NCBI GenBank assembly: GCA_964350985.1
Contig: CAYGLK010000002.1
Coordinates: 382-64,381 of the forward strand
Source of the DNA: an uncultured Candidatus Saccharibacteria bacterium
Lineage (GTDB): Bacteria > Patescibacteriota > Minisyncoccia > Phycocordibacterales > UBA918
Direction: 5' to 3'
DNA length: 64,000 nt
Shown: in pieces, positions 20,191 through 29,000 of the stretch
Layout of the letters: each line of letters starts with the position of its first letter
Position numbering within the stretch: the first letter of the stretch is position 1
The notes under the pieces: generated by a model
Database searches by the model: none
The model's input: the letters and a program-made list of their open reading frames with translations, nothing else
Told to the model about the DNA's origin: nothing
Program-made: the position numbers and the translations under genes

Positions 20191-20565
20191 ATGCATCAAG
20201 GAAATTGGAAATGTAGTGGCTGCGGTGGGACAATTACAGAACTACCGTTTATGCCTAGGAGTGAATCAGGTCTCACTTGCCGCACCTGTTATGCCAAGTC
20301 AAAAGGTAGTTCAAGTCAACCAGCCCCAGAAATGCCCGTTGCTTCAGAAGCTCCAGACATCCCAGACTTCGCTGAAGTAGCTGGAGAACCGGCTCCGTCA
20401 GAGGACTTTGAAGGTTCTACACCTGTAGCTCCAGGTGAAAAGCCTAAATTTTCTGGAGAATGGAAATGTGCTATGTGTGGCAATACTATATCTTCCCTAC
20501 CATTTGAACCTCGTGATACCAGTAATTTAAAATGTCTAGATTGTTTTAAGAAAAGTAAAGCTTAA
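20191..20565 (+). CDS. Protein with two internally duplicated CxxC...CxxC zinc-ribbon modules separated by an acidic/Pro-rich linker
   Basis: Repeat 1 GNWKCSGCGGTITELPFMPRSESGLTCRTCYAKSK vs repeat 2 GEWKCAMCGNTISSLPFEPRDTSNLKCLDCFKKSK; extended -10 (TGGGGTATAAT) upstream. Confidence 0.5.
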   Translation: MHQGNWKCSGCGGTITELPFMPRSESGLTCRTCYAKSKGSSSQPAPEMPVASEAPDIPDFAEVAGEPAPSEDFEGSTPVAPGEKPKFSGEWKCAMCGNTISSLPFEPRDTSNLKCLDCFKKSKA

Positions 20566-20572
20566 CCAATAA

Positions 20573-20606
20573 TAAAAGCCCTATCCTCGCGGATAGGGCT
20601 TTTATT
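20573..20606. terminator. Bidirectional terminator (aaaagccctatcc-tcgc-ggatagggctttt) between convergent genes
   Basis: Perfect inverted repeat with A and T runs. Confidence 0.65.
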
Positions 20607-20618
20607 ATTTTCTTATAT

Positions 20619-21227
20619 TTAAGCAGGATCTTCTTCTGACATCTCAGCGTTGTTTTCTAAGAACAGTTCAACTTGTTCTTGCAAGACTTCGTCTTCGTCT
20701 TCAGCTTTAACATCAACTACGTCAACGTCACTTACTACTGCTTGATTTGAGTTTCCTAAGTATGTATCACTTCCAGGAAATTCAAATTCTCCGTCTCCAT
20801 CATCTTCATGTAGTACAGCAACAACCGTTTGTTCACGCACAATAGGTGAGTCTAACTGAATACTAAGGTCACTATAAGTACCAGCTTCCAACAGTTCTGA
20901 ACTTCCTAATACTGAAGTATCACTATTGCTATTCACTCGGTAGATAACTACATAACCTGGAGCTAACAAAGTAGCGCTCTGAACTCGTGCAAAGTTACCA
21001 GTTTCAGCCGGTGACAGAACAACACTATTGGCTGGTGTTGTGTTATTAGTGCCTGTATTTGTATTTGTGTTTGTATTATTTTGGTTTCCTTGATCATTCA
21101 TTTCTTCCATAGTACCAATGTCGTTATTGGAATTCATGTCATTCATAGCTGTATCATCTGCCATGAAGTAAAATACCAATCCGATCACAACAATCGCCGC
21201 AATTATTACTCCTACTATTTTTGTCAT
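20619..21227 (-). CDS. Secreted/membrane-anchored hypothetical with Asn/Thr-rich low-complexity linker and acidic C-terminus
   Basis: N-terminal TM, NTNTNTGTNNTT repeat. Confidence 0.4.
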   Translation of the reverse strand: MTKIVGVIIAAIVVIGLVFYFMADDTAMNDMNSNNDIGTMEEMNDQGNQNNTNTNTNTGTNNTTPANSVVLSPAETGNFARVQSATLLAPGYVVIYRVNSNSDTSVLGSSELLEAGTYSDLSIQLDSPIVREQTVVAVLHEDDGDGEFEFPGSDTYLGNSNQAVVSDVDVVDVKAEDEDEVLQEQVELFLENNAEMSEEDPA

Positions 21228-21248
21228 AAGTTAGTTTAATTAAAGTTT

Positions 21249-21596
21249 TTAAACATCATCCTGCATCTCAAGTCCTCGTTCTGCATCCATTCTATTCACA
21301 GGTCGTCCCATCAACATAAGCTTCACAATACCCCAAGCCACAAACCAATAAACGGCTAGTGCCAGAAGAGTACTCCACTCAAAAACACTGTCCCCCACTC
21401 TATCAGTACCAAACACATATCTGAACGGCGCCAACGGAACAAAAGTAAGTGTGTAGATCAAATTAGTGAATCCAGCAGCTGGATTTGCACCTAGTAATTT
21501 TAGGAAGAACCTAAAGAATAACAATACTTCTAACGCATAAAATAAATACCATACAACTTTTGTACTTTTATATAGTACTTGTTCGTTACTTTTCAT
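21249..21596 (-). CDS. YggT-family-like small membrane protein
   Basis: Two TM segments with pattern TFVPLAPFRYVFG...TLLALAVYW resembling YggT. Confidence 0.4.
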   Translation of the reverse strand: MKSNEQVLYKSTKVVWYLFYALEVLLFFRFFLKLLGANPAAGFTNLIYTLTFVPLAPFRYVFGTDRVGDSVFEWSTLLALAVYWFVAWGIVKLMLMGRPVNRMDAERGLEMQDDV

Positions 21597-21707
21597 AATT
21601 AACTGATTAGTCTAATAAACTTTGGTCAAACTAATATCTAATTACACTTTAAAAGTCAGGTTATCAATATCTTATTTAACTAAGTATTGACCCTTCAATT
21701 ATAACAC

Positions 21708-21905
21708 TTAAGCGATGACCTCTAACACTGATCTCTTGACTAGATTTTCTCTAGCTTCTAAGTCCTCCAGCACTGTCCTAAAGCCAGGCATGAGCTCAGA
21801 TGCATATCCCTGTCTCTCTTCTTCGATCACAGAATCAATGTCTATCGGTTTAAATGCAATTATTTCTTGTATTATCATAAGCCATTCGTAATTTACTGCC
21901 TCCAC
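21708..21905 (-). CDS. Hypothetical small acidic protein
   Basis: 65-aa ORF only. Confidence 0.25.
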   Translation of the reverse strand: MEAVNYEWLMIIQEIIAFKPIDIDSVIEEERQGYASELMPGFRTVLEDLEARENLVKRSVLEVIA

Positions 21906-21975
21906 ACATATAAAACGACTGACTAGTTGTATCCTTACAGCCAGTCGATCGTTTGTTTTAAAAGAGTAGAAATTT

Positions 21976-22989
21976 CTAGTTTTTCAGCATTTTTGCCCTA
22001 GTAAGAGCGTCGTAGTTGCCGCTTGTAGATATTTTTTTCATATTCTGATATTCAATCATTGCGGCTTGAGTGACTGGACCATAGTATCCTGTTGCCCCAG
22101 CAAGAGTTAAAGCTTGGACTGCTGGTCCTAAGTTCTTAAAGATCAAGTAAGTTTGAACCAAACCAACCGCAGTACCCTGATCCCCCAAAGTCAGATCCTG
22201 ACTTATAACGGCTGGAATTGTATCAATAACTTTTTCTAATTGATCCATTAATGCTGCTGTACTAACCACACCTTCTGCCTTTAGAACTTTTTGAATTTCA
22301 GTTGGTAGTTTATAGCCTTCATTAAGTGCAATGGTAAAGTCATTTCGATATGTTGAAACCAAAAATTCTGCCATCTCTTCCTCATCGTCTAAATCCTCAA
22401 ACATTCTGACAACAAGACTCATTTTTTCCTTCAAAGACAGCTCTTCAGTGATTCTCGGGTACGGATCCTTTGCTTCTCTATCTCTGATCTCAAAGTGTAG
22501 GTGCGCAGCTCCACCTGAGGCATTTCCAGTATTACCTACTGTTCCAATATAATCTCCTGCCTTCAACTCATCCCCTGCTTTTATATCTGCAAAATCATCT
22601 AAGTGCATGTAGCGGAAATTCTCTCCCCCAGGGTTAGCAGTGTAGACATACTTACCAGCACTATCTCCTGTACCTACTCTGGTGACAACAGCATCAGTAG
22701 GAGTCACTATTGGAGTACCCAAAATAGCTATCATGTCCTGACCTTCATGTTCTCTAGTGCCGCCTCCGCGCGGATCGCCAAAGTCTGAAGTGATTTGATT
22801 TAGAGACAGGCCAAAGAGTACTGGTATATATAAGTCTTCTACCTCATCGTCATCTAATTTATTTATTTTAGTAGTATAAGATGACTCTCCACGACTATAA
22901 GAAGTATGGTTTGCAAATGATTCACCTGGGAAAGCTACTAACGCGATTACTAAAGTAAAAAATACAAAATTTAAAGGTTTGTTTAACAT
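21976..22989 (-). CDS. M23 peptidase with C-terminal peptidoglycan-binding domain
   Basis: GNTGNASGGAAHLHFEI (M23 HxH motif) and C-terminal PG_binding_1-like LGDQGTAVGLVQTYL...YGPVTQAAMIEYQ. Confidence 0.8.
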   Translation of the reverse strand: MLNKPLNFVFFTLVIALVAFPGESFANHTSYSRGESSYTTKINKLDDDEVEDLYIPVLFGLSLNQITSDFGDPRGGGTREHEGQDMIAILGTPIVTPTDAVVTRVGTGDSAGKYVYTANPGGENFRYMHLDDFADIKAGDELKAGDYIGTVGNTGNASGGAAHLHFEIRDREAKDPYPRITEELSLKEKMSLVVRMFEDLDDEEEMAEFLVSTYRNDFTIALNEGYKLPTEIQKVLKAEGVVSTAALMDQLEKVIDTIPAVISQDLTLGDQGTAVGLVQTYLIFKNLGPAVQALTLAGATGYYGPVTQAAMIEYQNMKKISTSGNYDALTRAKMLKN

Positions 22990-23066
22990 CCTAAAATTAT
23001 ACCAAGATTTTCCACTATAGGTAACAAGAAGGATCTTTAAGTATGCTTTTAATGGTTAGCGTTGAT

Positions 23067-23645
23067 TTAGGTAATATTATTTTTATCCTTGTTTGCTCTA
23101 AGTAAGTGTAAATACAAAACAATTAAACACAAGAACAAAACTCCAGACAGAAATGGGTATGTAACAAAGCCAAATACTTCCATTACTTTCTTTGAACAAT
23201 CTGCGCTACCATCAGCCAAACATGGAAGCAGGCCTGATTGATGTAGTGATTGTGGTAGAGCCTGATAAATGTAGTGATACACCGCCACCAAGAGACCAGC
23301 AGTAGCAATGACAACACCGTATAAAGGGAAATTTTTTGTATCTTTGAGCTTAAAAGCAGTGGCTGATAGAAGTACTTGAGGATATAGTGCAATTCTCTGG
23401 AGCCAACATAGTGAACACGGAATAAATCCAAACACTTCCGAATAAAGCAAAGTTGTTGCCGAAGCTCCAGCGGTTACAGTAATCAAAATTAGCCAAATAT
23501 AAGGAGACACCCATTTTACGTATAAGTTTTGTCCATTAAAAAAATAATCAAAAATAAGGACCACCGTTGCCACGAGCATTAAAAGCCCAGCTACTGAGAA
23601 CAGTAAATTTATAGTCTGAACGTTAAACAAAAGCCAATTAATCAT
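23067..23645 (-). CDS. Disulfide bond formation protein B (BdbC/DsbB family)
   Basis: 4 TM; PCSLCWLQRIALYPQ (CxxC in first periplasmic loop) and second Cys pair (CLADGSADC). Confidence 0.7.
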   Translation of the reverse strand: MINWLLFNVQTINLLFSVAGLLMLVATVVLIFDYFFNGQNLYVKWVSPYIWLILITVTAGASATTLLYSEVFGFIPCSLCWLQRIALYPQVLLSATAFKLKDTKNFPLYGVVIATAGLLVAVYHYIYQALPQSLHQSGLLPCLADGSADCSKKVMEVFGFVTYPFLSGVLFLCLIVLYLHLLRANKDKNNIT

Positions 23646-23656
23646 ATGCGCTTAGA

Positions 23657-24040
23657 TTATACTAAATACTGTCCAAAAACTAGCAGTCCAATTAAGGACG
23701 CTGTTATTGCTGCTATTAATACTGCTCCAGCTGCTACGTCCTTTGTATCCTTAGCATATGGATGATACTCAGGTGAAGTAAGATTTATATCTATTTCAAT
23801 AGCTGTATTTATAGCTTCAGCTACAAGAACTAGCCCTGCAGCTAATATAAGCATCGTCCATTCTATTATAGTAACTCCAAAATAAAATCCTAAAGTAATA
23901 ACAAGTGCAAAAATCGCCAAATGAATCCAGGCATTATGTGTCGTTTTAACAAAAATCCACAACCCCCTACCCGCGTGTGTAAAGCTCTTCGCTCTTTTTA
24001 TGAGCGAGAACTCTCTGTCAGTATCTAAAATTTCCTGCAT
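23657..24040 (-). CDS. dgkA: Diacylglycerol/undecaprenol kinase (DgkA family)
   Basis: 127 aa, 3 TM, conserved EAINTAIE and DVAAGAVLIAAI motifs; leaderless-type promoter TGGTATACT 9 nt upstream of ATG. Confidence 0.8.
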   Translation of the reverse strand: MQEILDTDREFSLIKRAKSFTHAGRGLWIFVKTTHNAWIHLAIFALVITLGFYFGVTIIEWTMLILAAGLVLVAEAINTAIEIDINLTSPEYHPYAKDTKDVAAGAVLIAAITASLIGLLVFGQYLV

Positions 24041-24132
24041 AATGATTAAAGTATACCAAATATATACTTTCCAAAATATCGAGTTTTGCTTAGTATATAA
24101 TTAGACTATATTAGTTAATTAATCTAATTAAA

Positions 24133-24573
24133 ATGAACAAAAACGTTCTTATTGGAATTGCAGCCTTCGGAGGACTAGTTCTGATTGCTTTACTTTTACC
24201 AAACACTCCAGCAGAAGAGACTCAAGATATTGTGGCCGAAGAAAATAACGAAACATCCTTACCAAGTAAGGTTACTAACACATTCCCTACTTACCCAAAC
24301 ACTACAACCTCTGAATCTAACGAGACTGTAGGTGATGAAGGAAAGATTTATTACTCAATCAGTCTTCAGACGGAAGACAGTATTGAAGAGATCAATGAAT
24401 GGTATCGCCAAGCCTTAAGTACAAATGGTTGGTCAATAAAAAGTGACAAAAATATCGCCGGCTATCAAATAATCCAAGGCGAAAAAGACAATCTCTATAC
24501 TTCAATGCAGGCAGCTACCGGAGAAGACAATAAATTTATAATAAGCCAACAAGCTCAAATTCGAGCTCAGTAA
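24133..24573 (+). CDS. Secreted hypothetical protein
   Basis: Signal/TM N-terminus, Thr/Asn-rich linker, about 60-aa C-terminal domain. Confidence 0.4.
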   Translation: MNKNVLIGIAAFGGLVLIALLLPNTPAEETQDIVAEENNETSLPSKVTNTFPTYPNTTTSESNETVGDEGKIYYSISLQTEDSIEEINEWYRQALSTNGWSIKSDKNIAGYQIIQGEKDNLYTSMQAATGEDNKFIISQQAQIRAQ

Positions 24574-24593
24574 GTTTGATATAAATTAATAAT

Positions 24594-24845
24594 TTATGAT
24601 CCGGCTTCTTTTTCCATTTTTAACAATCTAGTGTAATAGTCAGGAATTTCTTTCAAGTGTGCCCAGGTAATTTTAGCGGTTATTGTTTCATCATTATTTG
24701 TAACATCAGTCTCCGGGTCAGAACTTCCATGTTCTAGCTCAACTGCTAATCCCATACGAAACTCTTCTAAATCATACTGTGAAAAATCTATACCTACTTT
24801 TTCGCCAATGCTCTGTGCTTCTGCGGCTGTAAATTCTTTTTTCAT
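24594..24845 (-). CDS. Conserved hypothetical (DUF5661-like)
   Basis: 83 aa; EFRMGLAVELEHG...ITWAHLKEIPDYYTRL pattern recalled; leaderless promoter TTATACT-taatca-ATG. Confidence 0.4.
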   Translation of the reverse strand: MKKEFTAAEAQSIGEKVGIDFSQYDLEEFRMGLAVELEHGSSDPETDVTNNDETITAKITWAHLKEIPDYYTRLLKMEKEAGS

Positions 24846-24871
24846 TGATTAAGTATAACAAATATTGGTTT

Positions 24872-25996
24872 TTATATTATCTTCACAGTTCCTTGATCTG
24901 CGTCTATCTCTACCAAATCTCCATCTTTCAAAATTTGACTGGCAAACTTTGTTCCAACAATACAAGGAATATTTAGTTCTCTTGCAGTTATAGCAGCATG
25001 AGACAACATCCCTCCAACATCGGTTACTACAGCAGAAGCTTTTTTTAAGGCCATCATTAAGTCTGGTGCAGTGGTGACAGCAACTAAAACTTGTCCCTTT
25101 TGCATTTTTTTCATCTTTTGCTGAACTACTTCTACATCAAAATAGTCAGAGTTTATTATTACCACCTGTCCACGAACAATCTCTCCAGTACTGTTTGCTG
25201 TCTGCCCTTTTATTTGTTTTTCTGATTTGGGCGCAACATCTTGAAAATAATCTATAAAAATACTAGCTTGGTTTTCTTCAAAAAAATAAATCTCGCCCTC
25301 GCTGTCCTTGTTAAAAACATACTTTTTTTTCCTACTTTCTATGACTTTTCTGTCTAAGGTTTCTCCTTGAATTAGCCCGATGATTTCGTCTTCCAGACAC
25401 CAAACCAAGTCTGGTACTGGAACATTAACCTTCTGACTAATTGCCACCAGTAACGTAACAAAACCTCCATCATAGACAAAAAAAAGATCATTGTACTTTT
25501 CTCTTATGTCGTTTTTATAAAAATCAACTAACTTTAAAGCCTCGTTCAGTTCCCCGTATTTATTATAAGCACCGTCTGAATAAAATGAATCAAATCTACT
25601 ATACTCTTCATGAATTTGTTCCATCAACAAAAAAGCCTCTTGAACATCCTCTTTCGTAATGTCATTAAGATTTCTATATTTCTCTGATATATGATTAGCT
25701 CTGTCAATTAATATTTCAAGAGCTTGTGCGGTCTTTTTAATATTGTCAGCATTGGAAAAAAACTTCTCACCAGTTTTATACATTTTTTCTACTGTTGTTT
25801 TTGATATGAACGATCGCACTGTCCCATCAACACATAACAAGACCGAACCAAAAGGACTATATGCCTTACAAACGATTTCTTGAAATAACAAAGTAACCCC
25901 TTTAGCTTCAAATGAAAAAATGTAATTTTCTGCCTTTGGTATTTCATGGTTTATTTCATCAAACCTACCTGGATATTTTCCCTCTAGTTTTTTCAT
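24872..25996 (-). CDS. Protein with C-terminal PEP-utilising-enzyme mobile (phosphohistidine) domain
   Basis: C-terminus VGGMLSHAAITARELNIPCIVG matches the PEP-utilizers swivelling domain; N-terminal part unassigned. Confidence 0.6.
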   Translation of the reverse strand: MKKLEGKYPGRFDEINHEIPKAENYIFSFEAKGVTLLFQEIVCKAYSPFGSVLLCVDGTVRSFISKTTVEKMYKTGEKFFSNADNIKKTAQALEILIDRANHISEKYRNLNDITKEDVQEAFLLMEQIHEEYSRFDSFYSDGAYNKYGELNEALKLVDFYKNDIREKYNDLFFVYDGGFVTLLVAISQKVNVPVPDLVWCLEDEIIGLIQGETLDRKVIESRKKKYVFNKDSEGEIYFFEENQASIFIDYFQDVAPKSEKQIKGQTANSTGEIVRGQVVIINSDYFDVEVVQQKMKKMQKGQVLVAVTTAPDLMMALKKASAVVTDVGGMLSHAAITARELNIPCIVGTKFASQILKDGDLVEIDADQGTVKII

Positions 25997-26026
25997 GAAT
26001 TAAGTATAACAAATCATAATTTCAAC

Positions 26027-26057
26027 TAAAAACACCCGCCAAAGGCGGGTGTTTTTA
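26027..26057. terminator. Intrinsic terminator (cacccgcc-aaag-gcgggtg + TTTTT)
   Basis: Hairpin plus T-run downstream of the giant surface-protein gene. Confidence 0.6.
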
Positions 26058-26075
26058 GTTGACTGAACAATTAAT

Positions 26076-29000
26076 TTATTCAGTTAGAGTTGGAAAAGCT
26101 TCGTGTCCTGGACAAATAATGTCATTGATTTTCCACTTAGTTGTCTTAAAGACGTAACCAGTTGGATTATTATCTGCTGTGATACCAGCATCAAACCAAG
26201 GATCGAGTACTTCGTCACTGTAACGTAGTTGGAAAGCTTTTACATTTTCAAACGTAACAGCGTCAAACACACCTGTCGCTGGATTATCATATCCCATCAC
26301 GATAGATAGAAACAATTGTAACTTCATTACTTCAAACCATGTGTTGTCAGTACCGATTTTTTGATACTCATCTAGGAATGGACACATAGTGGTTGTTGTA
26401 CTAGTACTTGCTCCTAACACCAAACCTTCTGGAGTTGGGGTTGCAAATCTACTAGTTTGAGTACCAGAACTTGATGACCGAGAAGAAGAACTTGGAGTTG
26501 ATGCAATCACTTCTTGTTCATTGTAGAAGTCACAAGTGTTACTGCTTGATCTTCCACTAGATAGACTAATGTTACATTCCTCTAAACCAGGACCATCAGC
26601 TAGGAAGACTCCATTTTGATTAACTGATGATTGATCCCAACCTAACTGCATCTCCTCAGAAACTGTCCAAGATCCTTCTGGAAGCATAAATGAGTAAGAT
26701 CCATCAACAGCTGTCACAGTTGTAGTTGAAGTAGTTCCGTTAGTTGCAGTAATAGTCCAGTCAGAAACTGTTGAAGTAGCAGAACCAGTCACTTCATACT
26801 TAAATCCACTAATTTCGTACATCGCAACAGGTGCAGGATCAGTGTCTACGATAGGTTCAATGATAAACAGACGTGATTCTCGCAGATTTGGCTCACCAGT
26901 TTGTTCACTTGGATTAACGATGAAACAGTAGTTGCCTGCATCCCATGTTGTTGTATCAAGTTGTGCTGAGAAATTAATACCTGAGAAGGTTGAAGTATTA
27001 TTGAATCCATCAACGTTACCAGCGATTGTACCTACACCAGCAGAACATGTTCCTGCACGGATAGCCCATTGAATATTGTCTACAGTAGTATCGTTGTCAG
27101 TATATTCAGCCTCAAAACTAAACAGAGTTCGAGGAACTACATCGTTATCTGCCGCTGGGTTTGTGATCACTAGAGTATCTGGAATCGGCTCTGTTTCAGT
27201 AGTGACAGCACAGTCTGACGCGCCATTTACTACTAGTTTGAAGAGTAGTCCAGCAGGGTTTTGTAAGTAATTACTGTTTGGTACTCCACTATTTGTTACT
27301 TCTATTCTTAGAGTGTTTTCACCACTTACTAATTCATCTAGGATTTCTGAAGTGAAGGTTTTTTGTGTGTGGGTTTGGAAGTTGTTTGCATTTCCAGTTC
27401 GATCTGCAACCAATTCATCATTTACAAACACTCGATACCCGTTATCAGCAGCCACATCAAGAGTTGCAGTATTTGGATCTACTGCTGTAAAGGTTTCCTC
27501 AAATGTCTTAATTGTAGTAACAGTAGGATCAATCACCTGGTACGCTTCCCAGATCCAGTCAGCTCCAGGGATTGAAGCTGTCCAGTTCTTGTGTACGTAG
27601 GTTGAAGTTGCGTAAGCATTATTCTCAATAACCACTGTACCAGCGTCACTATAAGCTTCTACTTCACAAGGTGGAACAAATGAAAGATCATTGTTTACCA
27701 CAGTAAATGTTTCAGTATCTTCGTCAACTTCTACCTCTGTTAGTCCTGAAGTATTCTCAAAGCCACCTTGCAATAACTCTTCTACTTCATATGAACCATA
27801 AGGCACATCTGTAAAAGTGATACAGCCGTTTGCTTCAGTCACACCAGTAAAACCTTTACTTAATGTTAGATCAATCGATCCACTATTGTCAGAGTAACCA
27901 TCGTCATACATTGTGAATTGAATATCTCCTGTAGTCGCCTTAGAAACACTTCCATAATAGACATGAGAAGGACTAAAGACATCTCCCCATAGAGCCCCAA
28001 GATCACCGTCAACCTGTACAGCTAGTCCACCGTGTACTGGTGAAGCAACTACCCATGGCAGGTAAGGTCCAACATAGTTTGCTTCACCTGGTTTTCGTTC
28101 AGAAAAACGAGCGTCCGCAAATCGATTACCATTTCCATAGTTGTATGACCCTTCTGCTTTTAGCACATAGTCACCAGCTGGGACCGCACTCATTGTTTGA
28201 GTATCTGCTGTTGGAGCAAAAGCTAATTTTAATACCTGCTCTCCAACCAAAGCCAGTTGCCATCCTGCTAGTGGATTATCTTGCTCATCATACTTACACA
28301 TAGTGACAGTTGAGTAATCAACTACCTCTGGTTCTTTCATGTTACCAAAGTAACTCTTCTTTGAACGGTCTGACTCGTCAGTATAAGTAGCAGTAGCACA
28401 GTATGGACCTTCAATAGAAGCGTTCGGTGAAAGATTATCGGTCACAATATGGTATGGCGTTCCAGACCAGTCTTGTCGTACTTGATCCCATCCAATCTGA
28501 TTCTCTTCACAGACATGGTAGATACCAGCATCGTATTGTGTTGGGAATTTATATACCCCATCAGCACCTGTTGTACTTGAGGCAATAAATGTCCAATCTC
28601 CAGCTACTTCTTTATAGAAGTTAAATTTCCAACCAGCGAGAACATCTTCTCCAATATCTCGGTCTCGGTCTCCGTTCTTGTTTTCAAATTTTAATCCACT
28701 AAAGTTGAATTGATTTTCATTGTTTAAGTCGTTAGAAACATTTCCAATCTCAGGCTTAGTCGAACGATCTGCTACATCTGTATATACAGTTCTAGTACAG
28801 TACGCTCCTTCTTCTCCTACGTTAGGTGAAGTGTTTACAGTTTGTGTATCTTCTGCTGGCGCAACTTGTGTCCAACCTAGTTGATTCACTTCACAAACAA
28901 AATATGTTCCAGCTTCTTTCTGTTGCGGGAATTTCTTTTGACCAGTGACATCTGTTGTTCCGGTAGCAACAAGACTCCAACTTGATGGCATTTCTTTATA

